This document shows, one piece after another, positions 37,875 through 47,176 of a stretch of DNA of 64,000 nucleotides. Under the pieces are notes generated by a model. That model was not told the origin of the DNA and made no database searches. It saw only the letters and a program-made list of their open reading frames with translations. Both the position numbers and the translations under genes were made by a program. Position 1 is the first letter of the stretch, and every line of letters starts with the position of its first letter. Source of the DNA: Bacteroidales bacterium (lineage in GTDB: Bacteria; Bacteroidota; Bacteroidia; Bacteroidales; WCHB1-69). The stretch lies in the NCBI GenBank assembly GCA_017649855.1, contig JAGCGA010000007.1:65339-129338 (forward strand), written 5' to 3'.

Positions 37875-37901
37875 AATGTTATATAGGTTTTAAGCGAATG
37901 A

Positions 37902-38636
37902 TCAATCCAGGGTTTCGGAGAAGGGGCACACGGTGCCGGGGTGTTGGACAAGCCAGAGGGCAGTGCGGATGGCGCCGGCGGCGAACCCTTGACGGCCGTG
38001 GGCGTTATGGGTGAGGGTGATCTCATCCTCGGGGGAGGACCATTGTATCTGGTGGATGCCGGCGACCTCGCCGACGCGGTGCGCCTGCACCGGGATGTCG
38101 GAGGGGGCGACGGGTGTGCCGTTGGTGAGCTGCCATCCCGTATAGGCGGGATGATGGGCGATGATGCCCTGCGCCAAGGTGATGGCCGTGCCACTGGGGG
38201 CGTCCTTCTTGGCCGTGTGGTGCGTCTCCTCCATCTGAACCGAGTATTGGGCATAGCGACTCATCTCGGAGGCCAGCCACTGGCTCATCTTGTTGAAGAG
38301 ATACACCCCGATGCTGAAGTTGGTGCCATAGACCAGCGAGGCTCCGCAATCCTTGGCCTTGGCGACGATCTCATCCAGCCGGTCGTACCAGCCCGTGGTG
38401 CCCACGACAATGGGCACGCGGCACTCGAAAGCGCGCAGCATGTTGGCAACCGCCACCGAAGGCATGGAGAAGTCGATGGCCACATCGGCCGTGCGGAAAG
38501 CGTCCATCTTCGCCTGCCAGTCGACTTCGTTGTCGATGACCGCGACCACCTCATAGCCAGAATCGAGCAGCATGGACTCTACCATCCTGCCCATCTTGCC
38601 GTAGCCTAATATTGCAAATTGTATCTTCTCTTTCAT
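37902..38636 (-). CDS. dapB: 4-hydroxy-tetrahydrodipicolinate reductase
   Basis: ILGYGKMG and EETHHTAKKDAPSGTA. Confidence 0.9.
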   Translation of the reverse strand: MKEKIQFAILGYGKMGRMVESMLLDSGYEVVAVIDNEVDWQAKMDAFRTADVAIDFSMPSVAVANMLRAFECRVPIVVGTTGWYDRLDEIVAKAKDCGASLVYGTNFSIGVYLFNKMSQWLASEMSRYAQYSVQMEETHHTAKKDAPSGTAITLAQGIIAHHPAYTGWQLTNGTPVAPSDIPVQAHRVGEVAGIHQIQWSSPEDEITLTHNAHGRQGFAAGAIRTALWLVQHPGTVCPFSETLD

Positions 38637-38652
38637 ATCAATCCTGGTTAAA

Positions 38653-39231
38653 CTATCTCCACTGCAACTGCAGACTCAGTCCGAAAGCGTAGTCGGGACC
38701 ACGGTAATTCTGAATGACAGCAGGCTGCCAACGCAGACTGAGGTCGTCGGAGACATCAAAATAGTACAAATGGGCATCCACCATGGCGTCGATGATGTTG
38801 AGCACATACAGGATGGCCGTCACGCCGATGGAGATCTCCATGTTGCGACGCTGGTTGTTCTTCATCTGCAGCAGGTTCTCATCGCTGAACCGGGACAGGG
38901 TGAAGTTCTGCATCGTCACGATGCCGTCACGACGGTAGATAAACTCGTCGCGATAGACTTTCATCTTGTGGGCGGAGTGCCAGATGAAGTAGCCCGAAGC
39001 GCCCAAGGCGCCATATACGATGGGAATCTTCCAATATTTCTTGTTGTAAATCTGGCCGCCACCGGGGATGAGGGAGCAGAGCATGGCCGTGGTGGGTGAA
39101 TGCTTGCTGACCTTGACAGAATCCTTGGCGGAGACACGGGTGATGGCTGTGTTGGACTCCACCTCTTGGGCAGAGAGTGAGAGCGTCAACAGACCGCAGA
39201 GGACCGACAATATCCAGCATTTGATGTTCAT
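38653..39231 (-). CDS. DUF5683 domain protein
   Basis: Signal peptide MNIKCWILSVLCGLLTLSLSAQ. LIPGGGQIYNKKYWKIPIVYG. Start trimmed to 39231 to avoid overlap with parB. Confidence 0.6.
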   Translation of the reverse strand: MNIKCWILSVLCGLLTLSLSAQEVESNTAITRVSAKDSVKVSKHSPTTAMLCSLIPGGGQIYNKKYWKIPIVYGALGASGYFIWHSAHKMKVYRDEFIYRRDGIVTMQNFTLSRFSDENLLQMKNNQRRNMEISIGVTAILYVLNIIDAMVDAHLYYFDVSDDLSLRWQPAVIQNYRGPDYAFGLSLQLQWR

Positions 39232-39259
39232 ACCTCTTACAAACGTGGTATCGGTCTTT

Positions 39260-40135
39260 TTATTGTAGCTGGCGGATGATATTCCGGAGTTCTTCGTCAG
39301 AGGTGAAGGGGATGGTGATGGAGCCTTTCCCGGTGATGTCTTTTTTGATCTTGACCTTGGCATTCAGCTTCTTGGCGAATGCGGACTGGAAAGCGCGGAC
39401 CTCGTCGGAGAGGGTGATCTTCACCTTCGGCTTGGCGGGTTCGAGCTCGTTGCGCAGTTTCTTGACCACCATCTCGGTCTGGCGAACAGAGAGTTTCTCA
39501 TTCACAATCTGGCGGATCACCTTCTGCTGGAGGGCTTCATCCTCGAGGGCCACCAGCGGCAGGGCATGGCCCATGGAGATCTGGTTGTCGCGGACGGCGA
39601 TCTGGGCGGGGGTGGAGAGGCGCAACAGACGCAGGTAGTTGGAGATGGTGCTGCGGTCTTTGCCGACCTTCTCGCTCAACTCCTCCTGTTTCAGGTTGCA
39701 CTCGTCGATGAGCATCTGGTAGCTCATAGCCACCTCGATAGGGTTCAGGTCGGTACGCTGGATGTTCTCCACCAGGGCCATCTGCACCGACTGCATGTCG
39801 TCCACGGTGCGGACGAAGGCGGGGATTTCGGTCAGCCCGGCCATCTTGGCGGCACGGTAGCGGCGTTCCCCGGAGATCAGCTGATAACGGCCGCCCTCCA
39901 CGGGACGGACGGTCACCGGCTGTATCAGCCCGTAGGTCTTGATAGACTGCGCCAGGCCTTCCAACGCCTCCTCGTCAAACTGGGTTCTGGGCTGGAAGGG
40001 ATTCACGTCAATGGAGTCGATCTTCAGATAGCTGTTTCCGCCCGTGCGGACCGGACTCTGCTGTCCCGACGGGATGGTCACGCCTCCCAATATGGCTTCC
40101 AAGCCTCTGCCTTTCGGTTTTTCTGTCTTGCTCAT
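39260..40135 (-). CDS. parB: ParB/Spo0J partition protein
   Basis: GLIQPVTVRP, GERRYRAAKMAG, ENIQRTDLNPIE. Confidence 0.9.
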   Translation of the reverse strand: MSKTEKPKGRGLEAILGGVTIPSGQQSPVRTGGNSYLKIDSIDVNPFQPRTQFDEEALEGLAQSIKTYGLIQPVTVRPVEGGRYQLISGERRYRAAKMAGLTEIPAFVRTVDDMQSVQMALVENIQRTDLNPIEVAMSYQMLIDECNLKQEELSEKVGKDRSTISNYLRLLRLSTPAQIAVRDNQISMGHALPLVALEDEALQQKVIRQIVNEKLSVRQTEMVVKKLRNELEPAKPKVKITLSDEVRAFQSAFAKKLNAKVKIKKDITGKGSITIPFTSDEELRNIIRQLQ

Positions 40136-40143
40136 AGATGGTC

Positions 40144-40917
40144 TTAAATCGTGTATCCGTTTTTATTCAGGAATTCTGTGGCCAGGTTGATATAGTTGCG
40201 GAAGCCGGTGGACTTCACGTCGTACAGGACGATGGGCTTGCCGTAGCTGGGCGCCTCGCTCAGGCGCACATTGCGCGAGATGATGGTGTCGAAGACGAGG
40301 TCCTTGCAGTGCAGGCGCACATCATCGACGACCGCGTTGGACGACTTGATGCGGGCCGTGTACATGGTCAGCAGGATCCCCTCGATGGAGAGCGACGGGT
40401 TCATGTTGGTCTGCACAATGCGGATGGTATTCAGCAACTTGCCCAGTCCTTCCAGCGCGAAATACTCGCACTGCACCGGAATCAGCACCGAGTCGGCGGC
40501 CACAAGGGCGTTGAGGGTGATCAGTCCCAACGAGGGGGCGCAGTCGATGAAGATGAAGTCGTAGTCGTTCTTCAGCGCATAGATGGCATCCTTCATGCGG
40601 TACTCACGGCGCTCGTAGGAGATCATCTCCAGTTCGGCACCCACCAAGTCCATCGTGGCCGGCAGCAGATGCAGCTGCTGGATGTCGGTGGGCTGGATGG
40701 CCTCCACAGCCAGGCGGTTATCCACAATACAGTCATAGATGGAGATGGTGTCGTCCTTCTTCTCGAAGCCAAGACCGCTGGAGGCGTTGGCCTGCGGGTC
40801 GGCATCGATCAGGAGCACCTTCAGGTCCAGCGCAGCCACACAAGCGGCCAGGTTGACCGCCGTGGTGGTCTTGCCTACCCCACCCTTCTGATTTGCGATG
40901 GCTACAATCTTACCCAT
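40144..40917 (-). CDS. parA: ParA/Soj partition ATPase
   Basis: Deviant Walker A NQKGGVGKTTTAVNLA. Confidence 0.9.
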   Translation of the reverse strand: MGKIVAIANQKGGVGKTTTAVNLAACVAALDLKVLLIDADPQANASSGLGFEKKDDTISIYDCIVDNRLAVEAIQPTDIQQLHLLPATMDLVGAELEMISYERREYRMKDAIYALKNDYDFIFIDCAPSLGLITLNALVAADSVLIPVQCEYFALEGLGKLLNTIRIVQTNMNPSLSIEGILLTMYTARIKSSNAVVDDVRLHCKDLVFDTIISRNVRLSEAPSYGKPIVLYDVKSTGFRNYINLATEFLNKNGYTI

Positions 40918-41255
40918 TACAACGTAAAGTCAAGATTGGAAAAATCTTCGTCCAGGTCGCGCTCGTTGAGCTTCTCCTCCGTCTCAAAGTTGACTTCCTC
41001 AGGCACCTTGCCAGTGTTGATGAACTCCACCATGCCGTTCAGGGCGTTTTGGAATTTCTCGAAATCCTCCTTGTACAAGAAGACTTTGTGCTTCTCATAG
41101 AAGAAAGTGCCCGTAACATCATTGAACTTACGCTTGCTTTCCGTGATCGTTAAATACATTTCACCCGTCTTCGTACTCTTCACATCGAAGAAATACGTTC
41201 TTTTACCGGCTTTTACAGCGCGAGATAAAACTTCATTCTTGTCTTGGTTTTCCAT
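40917..41255 (-). CDS. PUR-alpha-like DUF3276 protein
   Basis: RAVKAGKRTYFFDVKSTKTGEMYLTITESKR is a PUR-repeat-like beta-beta-beta-beta-alpha unit. Acidic C-tail. Stop overlaps the parA ATG (TAATG). Start set to MENQDK (41255). Confidence 0.55.
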   Translation of the reverse strand: MENQDKNEVLSRAVKAGKRTYFFDVKSTKTGEMYLTITESKRKFNDVTGTFFYEKHKVFLYKEDFEKFQNALNGMVEFINTGKVPEEVNFETEEKLNERDLDEDFSNLDFTL

Positions 41256-41324
41256 AATTTCTTTGTTTTTATTTATCAACTCAATGATGGGGCTCATCAT
41301 TTTCGTCTCACTGTGATTATAGGA

Positions 41325-43259
41325 TTATTTCTGTCGTTTTTGCTGTTGTTTCTGCAGTTGGGCCTGCTGTTTCTGAAGCTCTTCCATCTTGAGTTCCCAC
41401 TTCGACTTCTTCACGGGCTTCTTCATGTTGGCCTTGAGTTGTTCGTGCAACTTGTTGTCATCGACCGCCATTCTGAATATCCACATCTGCAGGAAGGTCA
41501 AAATGTTGAAGAGCAGGTAGTAGTAGGTCAATGCCGAAGCGAAGTTGTTGAACATGAAGAAGAACATGATCGGCATCATGTACATCATGATGTTCATCAT
41601 ACGCTGCTGGTCTTTGTTGCCCTGGGTCGGATTCATCAGCTTGTTGTTGATCCAGGTGTAGAAAATGGTGGCGATGGTCATGAGGATCGTGAAGAGGCTC
41701 AAGTGGTCGCCAAGCAAGGGCACATGGTGACTGAAGTTCCAGATGGAGTCGTAAGCGGAAAGGTCCTCGGCCCACAGGAATGACTGTTGTCGCAGCTCAT
41801 AGGAGGCGGGGAAGAAGCGGTACATGGCGATGAGGATCGGCATCTGGAGCAGCATGGGGAGACATCCGCCGGCAGGCTTGACCCCGGCACTCCGGTAGAG
41901 GGCCATCGTCGCCTGCTGTTTCTTCATGGCATCCTCGTCTTTGGGATAACGGGCATTGATGGCCTCTATCTCAGGCTTCAGCACACGCATCTTGGCCGAT
42001 GACATGTAGGTCTTGTAGCTGACGGGCAACAGCACCACCTTCAAGGCAATGGTCAGCAACAGGATGATGATGCCGTAGTTTATGCCATAGACCTCCAGCC
42101 AGTTGAAGACCGGGATGATGACGAAACGGTTGATCCAGTGCAGCAGGAAGAAGCCCCAGCCCAGCGGAACCTGGCGCTCCAGCTTCATCTTGTAGGTCTT
42201 CAGTAAGCGGTACTGGTTGGGACCCACATACATCGACATATTGAAGGAACCTTTGTTCAGGTCCGGCATCTGGAAGTCGAGGGCTGCGTTGCAGTATTTC
42301 AACACCTCACGCTCCTCCTTGTCGGGGATGGTCGCGGAGAGGGTACCGGAATCGAAGGCCTGATCCCCATTGGCAATCAAAGTGGCGGTGAAGAACTGCT
42401 GCTTGAAGGAGACCCACTTCAGAGGAGAGGTAAAGTCCTTGGAGCCGCCTTTGCGCTCGTCGATATTGCCCACCTCATCGGTGTTGTCCATGTAATAGAC
42501 CGACGTCAGATTCCGTTCGTTCTCGTAGTTCTTCTCCACATTCTTGGGCTCGGCATCCCACTCCAGCGTGTAGTTGTGCTTCGTGGGATAGAGGTACGGC
42601 TCCATGTTGACAAAACGCACTGAATGCGTAAACATGTAGTCGTCGGGCGAGAAGGTGTAAAGATATTCGATGTAGGAGTTGACATTGAGGGTCTGGCATT
42701 GGAGACTGTCGCCCTGGTTGTTCGGGTAGATACGCAGGGAGAGCGTGTTGTGTGTCTTGTCCACCACCAAAGTATCACTCTCCATGTCGGAGAGGAAGTA
42801 GCAGTCGCGCGTGCCGACCTCGGTCTGGTCGCGCAGCTGCAAGTTGATGTTGAGCTCGTTGGAGCCGCCCTCAAAGACCTCCATCAGGACCTTGGCGGAG
42901 TCTTTCGGGGTATAGCGATACACGTCCTTGAGGCAGACCTTGCGCAGGTAGCCGCCCTTCTTGGCGAAATAGTACCAAGCCTTGTTGGTTTCCACCACAT
43001 AGTCGTCCAGATTGGCGAGCTGCGGGGTCGAGAACTGCTGCCCGGCCGGCACAGCCTCCGCCGGTTGTTCATTCAATGAATCTTGAGCTGTCAACGAGAG
43101 CGCATTCGCTATGGAATCCTCCTCCTGTTGTGCCATTTCTTCGATGGCCTGTCGCTCGCGCTCCTGCATTACCTTCCTTGCTTTGTTGGACTGATAGAAA
43201 CTGAACCCTAGGAACAAGCCAAATATCAGCAACAATCCAATAACCGTATTCCTATCCAT
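41325..43259 (-). CDS. yidC: membrane protein insertase YidC
   Basis: Long periplasmic domain plus C-terminal core GCLPMLLQMPILIAMYRFF. 644 aa. Confidence 0.9.
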   Translation of the reverse strand: MDRNTVIGLLLIFGLFLGFSFYQSNKARKVMQERERQAIEEMAQQEEDSIANALSLTAQDSLNEQPAEAVPAGQQFSTPQLANLDDYVVETNKAWYYFAKKGGYLRKVCLKDVYRYTPKDSAKVLMEVFEGGSNELNINLQLRDQTEVGTRDCYFLSDMESDTLVVDKTHNTLSLRIYPNNQGDSLQCQTLNVNSYIEYLYTFSPDDYMFTHSVRFVNMEPYLYPTKHNYTLEWDAEPKNVEKNYENERNLTSVYYMDNTDEVGNIDERKGGSKDFTSPLKWVSFKQQFFTATLIANGDQAFDSGTLSATIPDKEEREVLKYCNAALDFQMPDLNKGSFNMSMYVGPNQYRLLKTYKMKLERQVPLGWGFFLLHWINRFVIIPVFNWLEVYGINYGIIILLLTIALKVVLLPVSYKTYMSSAKMRVLKPEIEAINARYPKDEDAMKKQQATMALYRSAGVKPAGGCLPMLLQMPILIAMYRFFPASYELRQQSFLWAEDLSAYDSIWNFSHHVPLLGDHLSLFTILMTIATIFYTWINNKLMNPTQGNKDQQRMMNIMMYMMPIMFFFMFNNFASALTYYYLLFNILTFLQMWIFRMAVDDNKLHEQLKANMKKPVKKSKWELKMEELQKQQAQLQKQQQKRQK

Positions 43260-43280
43260 ATTCTCTCAAAAAATTGGCTG

Positions 43281-43288
43281 CAAAAATA
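43281..43288 (-). promoter_or_regulatory. -7 box TATTTTTG
   Basis: 22 nt upstream of the yidC ATG at 43259. Confidence 0.45.
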
Positions 43289-43328
43289 CAAAAAATAATT
43301 GTATTATTGCAGCGAAATCATCATCATT

Positions 43329-44513
43329 ATGAAGTCGAACCATTTTTTTACTTGGTTGCTTATGCTCAGCCTGTTGTGCACAAATCTCGCAGTGACAGCG
43401 CAGAACGACACCATCCCTTTTCTCTACCGTGGGCATCTCTACTTTAACGCCACCCTCAACGACACCATCCGCCTCAACATCATATATGACACCGGAGGCG
43501 CCGACCTGTTCGGGGTGGACTCCGTATGGCTGGCCCATTCCAACTGGACGCCCATGCATGTTGTCACTGCCCGGGGCGGAGGCGGGGCCGGCTCCATGCT
43601 CGTTCCACTCATCATCGATCAAACAAAGGTCAACATCGGCAGTATCCAGGAATATTACGACATGGTTCCGGTCTTCAAACTGCGGGAGGTGGTGGACTGC
43701 CACATCGACGGCATCAGTGGCATCAAGGGCATTGAAAACCATCCGTTGGAGATCAACTTCGAGCACAACTTGATGATCCAGCACAAAAACGGCCTGCCCG
43801 ACACAGAAGGTTATCAGAAAATCCCCATCAGACACGAAAACAACCGTATATACCTTCAGGCAGAGACCAAAATCGGAGGCACCCTAGTCAAAGGATGGTA
43901 TCTGATGGACACTGGCAGCGGCGGCTCCGTCACTTTCACTTCCCAAACCGCCAGCCAATTCCAATTCGACACCATATCCGGAAAAAGATATATCAACGAT
44001 GTCATCCAAAGCGGCCTGGGCGACAAGACTGAGGAATACGCCATCAGCATGATGCCCGACTTCATGGTTATCGGGGACGACACCATCTCGGGAAGGCCTC
44101 TCAACTACAAACCTGAAGGCGTGGGCGCTTTCGGCAACGCAGAATACCTGGGGGTGATCGGCAACGCCATCTGGTCGAAGTACAACATTATCATCGATTC
44201 GGAAAACGAGATGCTCTACCTGCGTCGTTTCAAGGAGTTCACCCCGCCCATCCCCGCTTATGACTATACTTTCAGAAACCGCACGGATATCTGCAAAGGC
44301 TGGGTGGTCTCAGGAATGACCCGCGAGGGGGATGCCGCCAACGCAGGCATGGCGTTGGGCGACACCATCATCTCCATCAACGGAAGAAACGTGACCGACT
44401 ACTCCTGGGAAGAGGAATGGGACATCGACACCATCCCCATGCAGGTGCTGGACATCCTAGACCACGACGGCACCGAAAAACGCATTACGCTGGAGGCGAA
44501 GCAATGGTGGTAG
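43329..44513 (+). CDS. secreted pepsin/retropepsin-like aspartyl protease with C-terminal PDZ domain
   Basis: Two D-T-G motifs (IIYDTGGADL, LMDTGSGGSV). PDZ-like GDAANAGMALGDTIISINGRNV. Signal peptide from MKSNHFF (43329). Confidence 0.65.
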   Translation: MKSNHFFTWLLMLSLLCTNLAVTAQNDTIPFLYRGHLYFNATLNDTIRLNIIYDTGGADLFGVDSVWLAHSNWTPMHVVTARGGGGAGSMLVPLIIDQTKVNIGSIQEYYDMVPVFKLREVVDCHIDGISGIKGIENHPLEINFEHNLMIQHKNGLPDTEGYQKIPIRHENNRIYLQAETKIGGTLVKGWYLMDTGSGGSVTFTSQTASQFQFDTISGKRYINDVIQSGLGDKTEEYAISMMPDFMVIGDDTISGRPLNYKPEGVGAFGNAEYLGVIGNAIWSKYNIIIDSENEMLYLRRFKEFTPPIPAYDYTFRNRTDICKGWVVSGMTREGDAANAGMALGDTIISINGRNVTDYSWEEEWDIDTIPMQVLDILDHDGTEKRITLEAKQWW

Positions 44514-44520
44514 GATATCA

Positions 44521-44622
44521 GCTGTTGGCTGTTGGCCATTAGCTATTAGCCATTGGCGGGTAGGGTGACTTTGACTTTGAACTTTGACTTTGAACTTTGG
44601 ACTTCTAACTGATAACTGATCA
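44521..44622. repeat. composite B-A-C element
   Basis: Six B heptads (44521-44562), A run TTTGAC/TTTGAAC (44566-44601), three C heptads (44602-44622). Confidence 0.9.
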
Positions 44623-46152
44623 CTTTTTGAAGGGCAGCGAAATCATGAAGGTACTCCCCTTCCCCTCGATGCTCTGCACCTCGATCTTGCCTTTGTGCAG
44701 GTTCACAATCTTCTTCACATAGCCCAGACCCAGGCCGTAGCCCTTCACATTGTGCACGTTGCCACTGGGCACCCGGTAGAAGTTGTTGAAGATCTCACCC
44801 AGCGACTTCTTCGGAATCCCGATGCCCTTGTCGGTGACAGAGAGCATGAAATATTTGTCGTTGGAGAGGGTGTTGATGAGGATCTCCGGCTCGTGTTCCG
44901 AATACTTGATGGCATTTTCCACGAGGTTAACCAGCACATTAGTTAAATGCTCTTTGTCTCCGAATATCTTATAGTTATCTGCATTGAGCGCCAGATTGAG
45001 AGAGCCATTATTGCTGTTCACCAGCAGGGCCACACTGTCCACCACTTTCCGGATCAACTCGTGCATATCCAGCAGCTCAACGTTCATCTTGACCTGTCCT
45101 TTTTTGAGCTGCGCAATTTGCAGGATGTTGGTCACCATGGAACGAAGCCGCTCGTTCTCATCATGGATGATGTTGACGTATGCGGTCTGCATGTCGGGAT
45201 CCGACATGGTCACGTTGTCGCCCAGCGCCTCGCAGGCCAGCGAGATGGTGGAAATGGGCGTCTTGAACTCATGGGTCATGTTGTCCACAAACTCATTGGT
45301 CACCTCCGACACTTTTTTCTGGCGATAGAGGGAGATCAGGGAGACCAAGGAGATGGCAGAGACCAGGAAGAGCAGGAAGAGAATCATGATCACGATGGTG
45401 CTCATCCTTTGGAGGAAGATTCCGCGCTCACCGGGGAAATAGAGGATGATATAGTGGGGAGAGCTCACCTTCTCATTGTATTTCAGGCGGAACACATAAT
45501 CGCTCTGGAGCATCTTCTCGCGCGGCATATAGGCCGGCTCCACCACAAACTCAGTGGTGAATGCATTGTAGAGGGCGAAGTCGAAGCGGGCTTCGATGGT
45601 CTCCTCATGGAGGGCCTCCTCCAACAGGTTGCGCAGGAGACTGGGTGACAGCAGCAGCTTCGTCGTGCTGTCGAGCTGCACCATGTTGACATCCACATTC
45701 TCGAGGAAGCTGTTGGGAATCTCCTCCTGGTTCTTGGGCGACCATGGGTCTTTGTACAATGGGAAGAGTGTCCGGAAGGAGTCGCTGAAGTAGGTGGTGT
45801 CGCTGGAAACGACGCGCGCATTGTCTTCTTTCAGGTAGATCTCCGTCATAATCACCCCTATAGGCTGATTCTTCGCACTGTCTATCAAAAATTTACGAAT
45901 ATTCTGCACCGAGACCACATCCGAGGTGTCCATCGTTCCCGTCAAGGTAGTGTCGGCCAGGGGAAGCGTGTCGTTCTTCAAGATGGCATCGATCTGGTCC
46001 ACCACGGTGTTGCCAGCGGAGAGCACCTCATTGACGAAGATGCTGCGCTGCACCTTCTCCGCCTCCGTGTAGAGCTTGAAGATGGAGAGCATCAGAAAGA
46101 AGGTGGTGACAATCACCACTAAAAACAGCGAAACTAATATTCTCTTTTTCAT
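44620..46152 (-). CDS. sensor histidine kinase
   Basis: H-box MTHEFKTPISTI, N-box LVNLVENAIKYS, G-boxes DKGIGI and GYGLGL. Two TM segments. Confidence 0.85.
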   Translation of the reverse strand: MKKRILVSLFLVVIVTTFFLMLSIFKLYTEAEKVQRSIFVNEVLSAGNTVVDQIDAILKNDTLPLADTTLTGTMDTSDVVSVQNIRKFLIDSAKNQPIGVIMTEIYLKEDNARVVSSDTTYFSDSFRTLFPLYKDPWSPKNQEEIPNSFLENVDVNMVQLDSTTKLLLSPSLLRNLLEEALHEETIEARFDFALYNAFTTEFVVEPAYMPREKMLQSDYVFRLKYNEKVSSPHYIILYFPGERGIFLQRMSTIVIMILFLLFLVSAISLVSLISLYRQKKVSEVTNEFVDNMTHEFKTPISTISLACEALGDNVTMSDPDMQTAYVNIIHDENERLRSMVTNILQIAQLKKGQVKMNVELLDMHELIRKVVDSVALLVNSNNGSLNLALNADNYKIFGDKEHLTNVLVNLVENAIKYSEHEPEILINTLSNDKYFMLSVTDKGIGIPKKSLGEIFNNFYRVPSGNVHNVKGYGLGLGYVKKIVNLHKGKIEVQSIEGKGSTFMISLPFKK

Positions 46153-46162
46153 ATCAAAATAT

Positions 46163-47176
46163 TCATCCTATCGTCTGCAGAAAATGTATGGTCGTGTCCA
46201 GCCAGAGATCCCGGTCGGTGTACACGGTCCCTAACGGCTGGACGTCCATCCCGTCAAATCCCTGTCCCTCAACCGCATATATCGTATCCTTCCGCTCATG
46301 CAACCACGGATGCACGGAGGAGGGGTGCTGGTAATAGACATAGCGTATAACGCCCGTCGGGGCGATTTCTTGTGTATCCTCCGCCAACAAAAAAGTGCCT
46401 GCATCCATATAGTATTGTTTGCTCATCAGGCGAATGGACTTTTGGTAGTCGAGATGATTAAGCAACTGATTGTGATGCTGAATATTAGAGCTCTGCGCGA
46501 GGATTGCCTGGAGCAAAGGGACAAAATCATATCCCTCGGGAGCCAGAATGGTTCTCACCGACTGGCGGGCGCGCCCGAAGAAGAGGACCATGTCCGCTGC
46601 CAGGTGCCGGAGCTCTTCCTCTGTTTCTCGACCCGTGAGCCACGCCACAGACTGCTGGACAGGGCTGAGCAGATGGGGAATATGGTGCAGATACTGCTCC
46701 CAAATGCTCTTTCCCTCTTCCATCTCACGCACGATGACGGCGTCGCAAGGGGGCAGTTTGTCCACCACCCGCATGTGTCCGCGAAGCATAGGCTCCAGGG
46801 TTTCCAATTCTTGGATGATGGCAGGCAGGAGGACATCGTCTTTCGGGTGCAGTTTGACCACGCAGTCGAAGCCCATCAGCACCACGCAGAGCATATCGGG
46901 AAACGCCGACATGGGGATCCTTCCGTCAGGGACGATGCCCACGGTGCGAGCAGGAAGCGAGGGAAGATCATGATTAAACTTCAACTTTAGATAGTCTTCG
47001 TCAATCATCTCTCCAGCAAATAGTAAAGACTGCTTGCAAGCGTCGGGTGTAAACCAAGGGTTACGATGGTATTGTTGTTGGATGAGCGGTTCAAGGGATA
47101 ATTGGAACGCTTCAGTCTTCATCCGAAGGCCGAGGGTGGCGAAGGGGAATATCCGATCGTTTTTCAGGGGTTGCAT
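46163..47176 (-). CDS. acyl-CoA reductase (LuxC)-like protein
   Basis: NPWFT motif and the following layout resemble Bacteroidota LuxC-like proteins. The usual AGNIPLVGFHD stretch is divergent (VPDGRIPMSAFPD). Confidence 0.5.
   Translation of the reverse strand: MQPLKNDRIFPFATLGLRMKTEAFQLSLEPLIQQQYHRNPWFTPDACKQSLLFAGEMIDEDYLKLKFNHDLPSLPARTVGIVPDGRIPMSAFPDMLCVVLMGFDCVVKLHPKDDVLLPAIIQELETLEPMLRGHMRVVDKLPPCDAVIVREMEEGKSIWEQYLHHIPHLLSPVQQSVAWLTGRETEEELRHLAADMVLFFGRARQSVRTILAPEGYDFVPLLQAILAQSSNIQHHNQLLNHLDYQKSIRLMSKQYYMDAGTFLLAEDTQEIAPTGVIRYVYYQHPSSVHPWLHERKDTIYAVEGQGFDGMDVQPLGTVYTDRDLWLDTTIHFLQTIG

Noticed and set aside
39232-39363. N-terminal extension of the DUF5683 ORF (MPRSRSKKTSPGKAPSPSPSP...)
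   Set aside because: It overlaps the 3-prime end of parB in another frame and is low-complexity. A good signal peptide starts at the internal Met (39231).
40718-40726. Perfect DnaA box TTATCCACA
   Set aside because: It is a single isolated copy inside the parA coding sequence. About 0.5 such 9-mers are expected by chance in 64 kb on two strands.
44521-44622. Repeat arrays as CRISPR or as a long B/C hairpin
   Set aside because: The units are 7-13 nt with no unique spacers, so this is not CRISPR. B versus the reverse complement of C matches only about 9 of 14 positions, with A-C, U-U and G-A clashes. No stable hairpin or terminator is predicted.
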